Assembly: GCA_000934665.2 (NCBI GenBank)
Contig: KZ538024.1
Location: forward strand, 1-64,000
Reading direction: 5' to 3'
From: Catajapyx aquilonaris
Taxonomy: Eukaryota
Length of the DNA: 64,000 bases
Part shown: positions 1 through 9,937 of the stretch, piece by piece
Position numbering within the stretch: position 1 is the stretch's first letter
Layout of the letters: the number at the start of each line of letters is the position of its first letter
The notes under the pieces: generated by a model
The model's input: the letters and a program-made list of their open reading frames with translations, nothing else
Databases searched by the model: none
Told to the model about the DNA's origin: nothing
Position numbers and translations under genes: made by a program

Positions 1-637
1 GAATGGGTGTGACTTTTCTTTACGTGCCTGTACCTATACACCCATAAGGAAGTGGGCTTTTCACTATGCAGTTCAGTTTTAAAATCTAGAATAGCAAAGT
101 ACCACTCTAGCGGGTAAGAAGGGAAGGAGCAAGCCCCATGCCTGGAGTGGTGGCGTTAAAAAATGATTTCAATTATCTTTAATTGTCTTCTGAGAGGAAT
201 TTCTACCACTAATTCCACAAATGAATTTTAAAAACATTGTTTGGAGGATAGAGCACTATGTGAGTGATCCATTAAGTGGTATTTCAATTTTCAGCTTTCA
301 TCCGTTCTGCTTTTGTAGCACCAATTGGGTCCTAATGTTCCCATTGGTTGTTTGTCGCCATTTTTGTCGATATTTTAAAACTAAATTTTTTTTCTTGTTT
401 CTTATTGGGAACATGTTCAGAAAATGCAATAGGAACTGACATTGCGTTAAAAAATTATTCTCAGGTCTCAGGAGGATATGACCGATTTCTGAAACCCTAC
501 CTTCCGAAAATGACGTTTTTTTCGGTGGGCCTATCTCCGGGGAGGGGGGGTAAATCTCAAAACCGCGCAAATGGTATTTTTGAAAGACGTAATTAAAGCG
601 ATTCGCCGATTTTCGTCAAAATCTGACAACCCAAGGG

Positions 638-1627
638 TCAATTTTCCTTAAAAGCTCGGTGAATTGACATGGAATGACCCATATCTAATATCAAGTTTGT
701 TACGGATATAAGAGGAATACTCTGGATGAAAGATAAACTTCCTTTCGTTAACTCCTCTAGATATTGTAATACTATACTCAAATTTCTGGACAAATCTTCA
801 AAGTTCACATATTCTGAATGCCACTTGAAATTAAGAGCTCCTCCCATGAAGCAGTTGTAATGAAAAAGTGGGTCAGCATTAAGACACTTTTCGGAACTGA
901 AGTTGACGTAAGAAAGAGTGCGTAAGTGCTTGCCAAAAAAATTGTTCGCTGTGTCTTTGAAGAGAACTGATGCAAGACTGTCATCAAATGGGTCAAATTT
1001 CAGTGCAACTCTATTAATTGTCGGTTCACCTCCGTCACAGTAAAAACAGACTGTCAGAAATTCCGAAATACCATGCTCTCGAACAGTGATGCCAACCTTA
1101 AATTTCAATTTTGAAGCCGGGTCTTGCAGCAGGTACCCTTCTTCGGGTTCGTCTCTGATCCACAAAATGAAACTGTCCTTGTTCTTCTTGACCTTGACCA
1201 CTCCTTCCTCCTCGTCCAGAAGTTCGTCCATGACTTCCTCGTAGTTCTGGTTACATGTGGTCACCAGGTTGACCAAGCACTTGTAGTTTCGAGATGGTTG
1301 GAACATAACAGGGTGACTCTTCGGATCACTTGATTCAGATGAGCAGTTCCATCTGTTCTGCTGGGAACCAGTCGATTTGGCCACCAGGACAGGTCTTCCT
1401 GTCAGGGACATGTTGGACAAAAGAAGCTCCAAATGTCTCGGACAGTCCCATCCGAGGTCATGGGTCACAGCCAAGGGACACTCCTGGTGCAAGAAATTAC
1501 CATCACTGAGCGTGCTCCACACTAACAGTAAGCGTGACACATATTCGTGGAAAAAGTTATTTTGCGTCATTGGCAAACCGTGAGTAAAGGATAAAGAAGG
1601 AACAAGTGACAGGATGACATGAAACAT
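638..1627 (-). CDS. Uninterrupted 329-aa ORF, product unknown (orphan; may be the single or last coding exon of a gene with non-coding upstream exons)
   Basis: Longest ORF in the window. Protein-like composition in the C-terminal two thirds (acidic patch EEVMDELLDEEEG, alternating hydrophobic strands). No domain recognised; the true start could be a later Met. Confidence 0.55.
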   Translation of the reverse strand: MFHVILSLVPSLSFTHGLPMTQNNFFHEYVSRLLLVWSTLSDGNFLHQECPLAVTHDLGWDCPRHLELLLSNMSLTGRPVLVAKSTGSQQNRWNCSSESSDPKSHPVMFQPSRNYKCLVNLVTTCNQNYEEVMDELLDEEEGVVKVKKNKDSFILWIRDEPEEGYLLQDPASKLKFKVGITVREHGISEFLTVCFYCDGGEPTINRVALKFDPFDDSLASVLFKDTANNFFGKHLRTLSYVNFSSEKCLNADPLFHYNCFMGGALNFKWHSEYVNFEDLSRNLSIVLQYLEELTKGSLSFIQSIPLISVTNLILDMGHSMSIHRAFKEN

Positions 1628-3359
1628 GAATAAGGAGCATTTTGGTGCGACAAGTAGTGTGTCTTTCTCCGGCAGGATTGTTCACCAGTCAGATTCGTGC
1701 TTTGCCTACAATAATATTGCTAGTAGTGGTGAATTCACTGTGCAACATTTGAGGAGTAAATGTTATGTCGATTTTGCTACCATGAATAATTATGTTACGC
1801 ACTGTGCACATACCTGCATTCATTTTCAAGGCTGAACATAATAATGCATGAATACCATTACCTTCAATGAGGCTATTTGCCGTCTAGGGCACACAAGACC
1901 CATTTTCTTCTATTGACATTCTATTATGTAGGACGGGCGACAAAAAATTTTATTTTCATGCAGTTTTGCGAATAAATCACAGATCTCTCTCCACCTCGCC
2001 CACCACTCTCAAACCCAAAACCATAACATTAAAATCGAAAATTCGAATGAAACTCGATATCATCAAAAAATCAGCTCAAATCACTGAATAATATTGGGTT
2101 ATGCTATGAACTAAGCATACCAGAAGTGTCCTGGACCATTCGATATGTTTGCGACGCTGAATTACATACTGTATAAACAGGGTGTTTCTTACTAGTAGGT
2201 CAATCCGCAAGTTGCATATTCCTTGGCCAAAGCAAAGTCTAAAATGTAGGGGGGAAAGCAGAAAAGGTTTTTGACGTCAACCATGAAAGTACAAGCAGTT
2301 TCAAAAAATCACATTTTGGGCGGAATCATGTAAACTCGAAATCTAAGCCTCCACTTCCAAATGCGAAATTATTTATAGAAGATCTAGATTCCGATAGACC
2401 TGGAGACATCTTAATTGAGTTTCACGTTCATCTGCTAAATTTCCTTGATAGTTTCACCTATTTAAAAACTTCACGAAAAAAAATGTAATAAACTTTTGGG
2501 TTGTAAGCCAACCTGTTGTGACTGAAAAGCTAGCCTGTCTGACATCGCAGCCGTATGAGTGCTTGATTGATTTGACACCAGATTCTCCGATAAAAGAGAA
2601 TTTTGCAACTAAGAGCTTACCTAGGGAGCTTACTATCAGAAATACTGTCAGCTAAAAAACGCATGGAAAGTTTTGTCAGATAAAGCGAAAATCATTCTTC
2701 TCCCCTTTGCAACAAATTATGTGAATCAGGGTTCCCTGCCTATCTAGGTACTAAAACATAATACAGATCCTGCCTAAATGCAGAACCAGATATTCGGTTG
2801 CAGACTGTCCCAAATTCCTCTAGATATAGCCACATTGTGCAAATCAAAACTGCCCCATTCCTCTCATAATCTAGCTTCCCAGGCTCTACTTTGGTTTTTT
2901 TTCCAATGCCAAGTGACATTTTTGGTTTTCAGCTGCAACAATGGTTTAAAATGTGAGTAACATAATATGGTGTATTTAAAATACTTGCTTTGAATTCGTT
3001 CTCATGCTTTCCTTACTTTCTTTTTTGTTATTGTTTTCCGTTTGCGTAGTTCAGTTCCCTGTTTCTCTGAAGTTAATGGAAAAAATAACATTCACAATAA
3101 AATAAAACATGATATTTAATATTCCCAAATGCTTAAATTAAATATATAATGAGCTTCCAATGTCATTACTGCTGTCATTCGGTTTAGTTTTAGTAGGTAT
3201 CTATGTATAGGTGCTGTGTGAAAATATTGTCCTTACGCCAAAGACACGTGTAATATACGCATAATATTGATGTTTTGTGAAAACGATATTAAAAGTTATA
3301 CGATTTTTAATAACTTTTCTGTAGGAAGAATTGAGTTTAGATCAAAATTTATGCTATTT

Positions 3360-3705
3360 TTTTAAAATTACGTTACCCCGCGAGAGGGCCATAGGCCCTT
3401 ATAGGGGAGTGGATACCACCATTTTTCCTGCAATTTTTCTGCTTTTTCTTCTAACTCCGGTGCAAGGATGAAAGGACATGGGGTAAGGATAGGGATTTTT
3501 GGGGAGGGAACATAGGTGCAAGTGCAATGTCGACAAATGGGTCATGTGCTGTTCCCCAGGAGGTTAGGTTGCCAGACACCTGCAAGTTGCAGGTCAGAGA
3601 CCCTCCTGACGCAGGTGAAAGGAAAGTTCCCCAGGCGGGGATCGAACCCGGGGCCTTTCACTCAGCAAGCCGAGACGTTACCATCTCTGCCATCTACACC
3701 TCCCC
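3360..3705 (-). mobile_element. tRNA-derived SINE, full length, with 14-bp TSD
   Basis: Minus strand starts GGGGAGGTGTAGATGGCAGAGATGG (A box) and has GGTTCGATCCC (B box). Direct repeat AATTTATGCTATTT at 3346-3359 and 3706-3719. 3' hairpin AGGGCC-TAT-GGCCCT followed by an A/T tail. Confidence 0.9.
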
Positions 3706-4642
3706 AATTTATGCTATTTAGAATTCAAAAAAATCATGCTTTTGCTACAGGGGAAAGTGGGGTTGAAACTTGAAAGAGACACCATTGATCTATAACTATG
3801 TTTACAAGTTATAAAAATTGACATCACATAGAGTATGTGCCTTACTTTGCATGAAACTTAAAGAAATGGGTGTATGATACATAATAACGATGTCATCGTG
3901 TGTAGCCGATTTTGTCCCTCAAAAGCTCTGAATTATTATCGACCTGTATCGTAGCAGTTATTTAGTGTTCGCTTCTATTGTTGTGTCATTTGAAAGTACA
4001 ACAGTGCTGCATCATGGTCCATGTAAGTTTTGCAGAAGTAGACAATCCTCTAGAATTAGGGCCAATATGAATGCTAAAATGTGGGTCAGTGGTTGAAAGG
4101 GACGTGTACAGCACTGTATAATAATTATACAGTGCCATACATGTCCCTTTCAACCTATTACGTATGTCAGAGTGTAGGCCTATGTGAATAATTCGTCTGA
4201 CAAAATGATACGGGTGGTAGGGGGTGCGCATGGAAGAAGGATGGCAGGGGTCCGAAAGGCCGGCGACACTCTGTCTTGAAGATGTCGACCGTTGACGTCG
4301 ACAATGTCCATCCTGACAAGTGTGGATACCCCCGGACATGCCTGCATCCCTGGTTGCCGGAGTCAGGCGGTTGAGCAACGGTCTGGGAGTGCGAGCTCCT
4401 GGCCCCAGCAACCAGCAATGCAGGGATGCAAAAAATGTTTTCTCATGAAATGCTGTAATCTGTAATGTATAGGCCTTCTAAGCATTTGGTTTGTATTGCC
4501 TGAGTTAAATTTTAAACAGTAGAGTGGGTATGTGAGAGGTAAATACCGATACTTCACTATTTCTTAGAAAACCGTAATATTGTACATTATTTCATGCTTT
4601 TATCTGTTTTTTGTTTTGTTCATTAAAGTTTCCTTTGCTCTT

Positions 4643-4715
4643 CGGATTATCCGACCTTTCTTGTTATCCGACCATGCCCGGGTCCCACGGGTCACGGCTA
4701 ATCGGGGTTCTATCG
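4643..4715. mobile_element. Degenerate end of a pogo/Tigger-like MITE
   Basis: Repeated TTATCCGA subterminal motifs and a terminus CGGCTAATCGGGGTTCTATCG-TA resembling Tigger-type ...ACTG-TA ends. Partner end not found. Confidence 0.4.
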
Positions 4716-4827
4716 TAATTAAAATATCCCAATTATATCCACTTTAGGAACAAATGGGTAATCACTAAATCGTTCATGCTACTCTATGAGGATATTCGAT
4801 AAGTATTTTGTAGCGAGTTAGATTATA

Positions 4828-5241
4828 CAGGGTGGACCAACTTCAAGTGTCGTTTTATAACGGCGATTAATAGCAGTGATTTTGCGATGACGTAGCAGCG
4901 ACGTGTAAAATGTCCCACTTCGGCGCCATCGAAAATATTAGCTGCCAATAGCAGCACACATGTAATCAACCCTGCTGCTGGGTTGACCTGGAAAAAAGTA
5001 GGTGCACACATGACCTGAGATGCGTCTGGGTGAAATGCCTTCTTTTCGGACTGCCGGATTGGCATTGGTGCCGCATGTGGTTGCACTCGTTTCAGCAGGT
5101 TCATTACATGTACGCTAATATTGGCAGCTAATATTTTCGATGGCACCGAAGTGGGACATTTTACACGTCGCTGCTACGTCAATCGTAAAGCGCTTCTATT
5201 AATAGCCGTTATAAAACGACACTTGAAGTTGGTCCACCATG
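4828..5241. mobile_element. Tc1/mariner-type MITE with about 123-bp terminal inverted repeats
   Basis: Arm 4828-4950 (CAGGGTGGACCAACTTCAAGTGTCGTTTTATAACGG...GCTGCCAATA) is the near reverse complement of 5119-5241. Flanked by TA at 4826-4827 and 5242-5243. Confidence 0.92.
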
Positions 5242-5278
5242 TATATGTGGAACACCTGTTATTGATCCAACGAATGTT

Positions 5279-5336
5279 ATAACAATTAAAAGCTTGTGAC
5301 ATCAGTGCATTGATGTCACAAGCCTCTAATTGTTAT
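5279..5336. repeat. 58-bp spacerless near-perfect palindrome
   Basis: ATAACAATTAAAAGCTTGTGACATCAGTG followed directly by CATTGATGTCACAAGCCTCTAATTGTTAT. Confidence 0.85.
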
Positions 5337-6107
5337 GTTTTATTCTTGACTGTTGAAAGTCCTTGGACTTAAAAGTTATTCTTCACATTACACATACCGT
5401 ATTCTTATCTGCTGCTATCCCGCGAAAGTGTCCGAAATGGACATAGTCTTGCTCGACGCAATAATTAAATTGCCCATAGCAACAGAGCCAATTTACGGCT
5501 TTCAGGAAACACATCTAATGTGAAAAATGGTACTGTATCATGTTTGTTAATTTACGCTGCCACCAGCTATACAGCATAGGGGCACTGACATAATGAAATA
5601 GAGCTGCCAATAAAAATTCTTCTGACCAGTGATAAGCTGGCCTTGGGCCTTCCCAAATAGCATTCTATTGACATTACTGACTACCTGATTATAAACCATA
5701 TGAGTAGTTTTTGTGGAGTGCAAATCTAGTTTATTTTAACAATATATGCAATGCATGCACAAAAACCAGACTTTTAAATATAGGTAATATGCAATGAGAT
5801 CTGTCTAAAGCAGGACAAGGCGGAAATACATTAAAAATTCTTCCCCTGAGCCAAACAAAAATTGCGCAAATAACAAGTTTTGACCTAATCCATGTTCACA
5901 TATTTCACAGATTCTGCTTTAACATTTTTTAAAAATCCTACACAATGCAAACCATCTCCCGTTGCTTTAAAAATGCGACGTGATAATTTTCAAACTCGGA
6001 ATTTTACTACTAAAGCTTGCAAGAAGAAAAAACTTCACCATGTGATATTGACAGTATTGGCCACAACCTTCCTAACAATAATTAATGTGGTACTGTACGC
6101 GGCTTAA

Positions 6108-6535
6108 GGTGTGCTCGTGAATTTTAGATTTCCAAAATATTTTGCAGGGAGATAGACCTATCCCTAAACTCTAGATTTCCCAATAGTATTTCGCTTAGAT
6201 GTCCTCATGGAGTCAAGGTCACGAGAGGTGAAGGGATATGTCCGGGGGACAAATATTGCAACTCTCAAACCGAGCCACATTCAGAATTGAGTATCTCAAA
6301 AACTATGCGTCGTAGGGAGTATTTTCATGGAACATTTGTGTCAGATCATAGAACGTATAACTTGAAAATGCAATCAATTACGCTATATATGTATTGTGTA
6401 ATGAGTTACATCCTCCGCAATATGTGTATTTTTGTCAAAATGTGCTCTCATTCGGATTTTTTTTACTGCCATAATATTGTATTAATTTGCAAATATTATA
6501 CCTTGTCGGTGCCATATCATTGTCGGTGTTGGGCC
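6108..6535. mobile_element. Probable DNA-transposon remnant (TTAA-flanked, Kolobok-like?)
   Basis: TTAA|GG at the left and CC|TTAA at the right, with an internal GAGTATCTCAAAAACTATGCGTCG motif of a kind common in arthropod MITEs. No extended TIR match. Confidence 0.3.
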
Positions 6536-6610
6536 TTAACGGGCATGGTCAGTCCAAATAAATTCCTTGAGAGTTGTCGGTGCCATATCGATGTGCTTGA
6601 TCTCTCTTAA

Positions 6611-7130
6611 CCCTTTGATGCCTGAGTTTTTTTTGGCCGTTTTAGTCTCTTTAGGGAAAAAAATTCTAGTAGCAGTAATATTAATGAAAAACAATATGCT
6701 CCAATATTTATCATTTCAACTCGTGGTGGTCCTTTTGACTGTAAAATGCCAAAAAAATCATCTACAGGGTGTTCCAGAAAAGAATTTACAGTGCAATTAA
6801 CTTAACACGCAATTAAATTTATTTAAGTTTTTAAAGTCACTATAAAATTGTTACAATGGTTACATAATACTACTAAAACAAGGTACTTTGAGAAATTACT
6901 ATGAGTCCAGACGTCGCATGTTGCCAAAAACTTTCAGGTGGGAGGGGGTATGTTTAGCTCCCGCTGGGAGGAGGGAAAACTGATTAGCATAGCCTACGCC
7001 AGGATAGTTGAGACTCCTTCCACGAGGTGGTAGGAACAGTTTGAGCCTCAAACTGCGCCATTTTTGTGTAAACGCTCTCCCAGTTCAAAAACCAGCAGGA
7101 CATCATATGATGTCCGTAGGCATCAAAGGG
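6611..7130. mobile_element. Non-autonomous piggyBac element
   Basis: TTAA|CCCTTTGATGCCT ... AGGCATCAAAGGG|TTAA: perfect 13-bp TIR with CCC/GGG ends and TTAA TSD. Subterminal palindrome GACATCATATGATGTC near the right end. Confidence 0.88.
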
Positions 7131-7248
7131 TTAAATTATTTAGCATTGTACAACATATAAACTCGGAGAAATTAACAGTCACATTTGGAAGAAACCTCAT
7201 TTTGGCCATTATTGACGCCTCAAAAAAGGTATGTGGGACAACGACTAA

Positions 7249-7385
7249 GGCCCGATTTCTCGAACAGTTGTTCAAATGTAAACCCGGTTCAAGCCCAGTT
7301 TAATCCCAGTTCAGAGACTCTGAACGGGGATTAAACCGGACTTGAACTGGGTTTACATTTGAACCACTGTTCGAGAAATCGGGCC
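7249..7385. mobile_element. PIF/Harbinger-type palindromic MITE
   Basis: 68-bp arms (7249-7316 and 7318-7385, 5 mismatches) with a 1-nt spacer. Termini GGCCCGATTTCTCGAA; TAA duplicated at 7246-7248 and 7386-7388. Confidence 0.9.
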
Positions 7386-7485
7386 TAAAAATCAGGCAGT
7401 GAGTTATTCGGAAAGTCCAAAACGTGGGCTTTCAGAATATTATCTTCCTCGTATATGGTAATCGCGCCTGGAGATGTTTGAAGGG

Positions 7486-7625
7486 ATGTTTCCGCCAGCA
7501 GCTGCGGCGTCTTTACCCGGCCATCATATTTCCCCCAAGGGAGAACACCTGAGAGTCCGAGGGACTGTCCGAAGCCATCCGATGATGGCCGAGGAAAGAC
7601 GCCGCGCCGCTGCCGGCGGAAACAT
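7486..7625. repeat. GC-rich inverted repeat (about 43-bp arms), MITE-like, no TSD seen
   Basis: ATGTTTCCGCCAGCAGCTGCGGCGTCTTTACCCGGCCATCAT versus ATGATGGCCGAGGAAAGACGCCGCGCCGCTGCCGGCGGAAACAT. Confidence 0.75.
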
Positions 7626-7750
7626 GCGTAATATCACACACTGCCCCATCTTAAAATGTAGGAACGCAATCTTCCAACTGAACCAAACCTCTCACTTTCT
7701 CGCTTTCAGTAAAGCAAAACTCTCCATTAAGCTCCTCACGACCTAGCCGG

Positions 7751-7759
7751 ACTTACCTG
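7751..7759 (-). other. Perfect-consensus splice donor (CAG|GTAAGT), candidate end of a non-coding first exon
   Basis: Plus strand reads ACTTACCTG. Oriented toward the 638-1627 ORF; the link to that ORF is inference only. Confidence 0.3.
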
Positions 7760-9894
7760 ATAAGACTCGAAAATCAACTGAACAAATGAGCTCCTTACAA
7801 CTGCTATGTCACTCGGAGCCCATAAATCTCCTGAAAAGTCACCCCCAATGCTTAGAGAGCTAGTAGTAAGCCATCACTCGGAGAGAACGCCTACTAACAC
7901 TCCAACATCCGTCTGAGAAAATGCGGTCGTGTTTTGGTGGCAAATTCAGGAATTGGGAAGCTTGCCACGTATCTAACCTAATCACCCCTCGATTCCTCCC
8001 TTAATTGGCGCGCCCTCCCAGTAAATATTTCCTAGCGCCATTATCGAGATTAAATGCTGCGCTTCCGAATATGAACGGTGCTGACTCCTCTAGGGAGAAG
8101 AGAAGGCATGACTCTTCTCCTTCCTTTTTCTTCTCTCGACCTACCCAACCCTTCCCATATTCATTAATAGCAGGGACTGGAAGTCGTGTGTGGAATAATT
8201 CTCAGACCCTACTTGCTGCGTCGGCTCATTTTTTTTTCTCTTGCGACAAAAAGGCTGGCACAGCAATTTTTCAAAATGGCCAAAATTGGGATCTAGTCTT
8301 TACTAGCCTCTTGAGGTTGCCAACTGGAGTGGTTTTCCGGAGCTCTACTTTTCTATGTGAGCCCATTTCATGTTGCTGCCGACCCTATTTTCAAAAGTGC
8401 TTCTTCTGAGCCCCATTAGCGCCTGCTGAATGCAATATTGACAAATCACTTTGCATATACGTTCCTGGTGGGATGAGCTCAGGATATGAAAATCAATTGC
8501 ACCTGCCAACTTGACTGTCTGTAATGTTTGTGGGATATAGGAGATTCCCTTTTACAGCTGCACGTGAATTGCGACCAACGTTGACAAGAAACAAGCTGGG
8601 CGGAAAAATCTTCCGCATCTTGACACAAATTCAACAGCAATATATCCCGTGATAACAAATCCTCCCCCCTTTTCTGCCCCCTAGGGAAGATGAGCTTATC
8701 CTTCATATCTGTGGCCCCTCTTTTTTTATTCCCCCCTATTCTGAAGGTCCTCTCCAATAGTTTCTCTCCTTCACCTGCTCTTATTGCAAATCTTCCAATA
8801 TCTCATCCCCTCTTCGCCCACCTCCCTTTCCTCTATACAACATGTCCTACATGGCAATCCTGTAAATGTGGGTAATGTAAAAAAAAGTCAAAACACCCCC
8901 CATAGCACGAGGTTTTTTTGATAATATTCACATTCACATTCTGACTGTTTAATAGGGCGAAACAATTTGTTTGACGTCTAGTACATGCATATACTAATTA
9001 TGTGTACTCTCATACGCGCCTTTAATGTTTCGGTTCGTGTTTCCATTTAGGTAATACTCCCCATCTATCCGTGCCTTTCGGGCTTATTCTTCACATATTG
9101 AAAACGAGGCCGTTCTTCAAAGGAACCCGTCATAATTCTATCAGCAACGAAGAATGCTTCGCTGTACGATCGTTTAATAACGGTATTAAAAAGCTGTCTC
9201 GATTCCCCCATCGTTTTAAAACAGCGGCGTTGCCATATTCCTGTGAGCGTTGCCACAGTATGTTGTCACAGGGGAGAAAGGTACAGGTTGCGAGCAGAGA
9301 AGGATGTGTTCTGGTCAACATCTGGGGAAATCCTGTACTTAACCTATCATTAAGCACACTCACATCATATAGCAGAAAACACAACATTCATGATGGCAGT
9401 CCCTTCCAAAATCACAGCAATTGTACTGTACCTTCCTTCTCAGTTTCCAGGACCAAAATATTTACATGTTTTCTTCCTACCGCATGCCGCGAGGAATGGC
9501 GGGATGGGAAAATACGGGTTTACAGGATAATGGGGAAAATGGTGTTCTCTCTTGTACGATTCCCTCAAACGAAATCTACCTCGTCACATTTATTGTGCTG
9601 TTGGTTTCTACGAAGCGTTGCAGTTGTGCACAGAGGGCTGATTCTTGGAATCGCAAAAGCTTTTTTGTGTCAAGTGTTTTTCTACCCTTCCTTGGGTTCT
9701 TAATCACCATAGCAAGAAAACCTCCGGGTATGTATCTCTCCTTAGGGAGTGAACTGGAAATCGGCGAAGAAATGGAAAAGGACTTCGAAAAAGAGTAATA
9801 TCTCAAAGGATTTTACATCATGCCCAGCGACTAAGACGCTGAATGTGATTAATCAGGCTTACTTTGCAGCAATCCTCTTCCATTCTACAAAAAG

Positions 9895-9896
<2 letters not shown>

Positions 9897-9933
<37 letters not shown>
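9897..9933. repeat. (GA)n microsatellite
   Basis: Direct reading. Confidence 0.97.

Positions 9934-9937
<4 letters not shown>

Noticed and set aside
3630..3705. tRNA gene (also the heads at 25425, 31566, 42546 and 63556)
   Set aside because: A and B boxes continue into shared bodies, simple-repeat tails and TSDs, so these are SINE heads rather than tRNA genes.
5350..5376. Minimal hammerhead ribozyme-like motif CTGTTGAA-AGTCC-TT-GGACT-TAAA
   Set aside because: Both catalytic boxes deviate from CTGANGA and GAAA, and stems I and III are not evident; at best a dead remnant.
9071..9798. Overlapping 210-aa and 125-aa ORFs, with a faint zinc-finger-like LPYSCERCH
   Set aside because: Non-ATG starts, no complete C2H2 pattern and no coherent exon chain.
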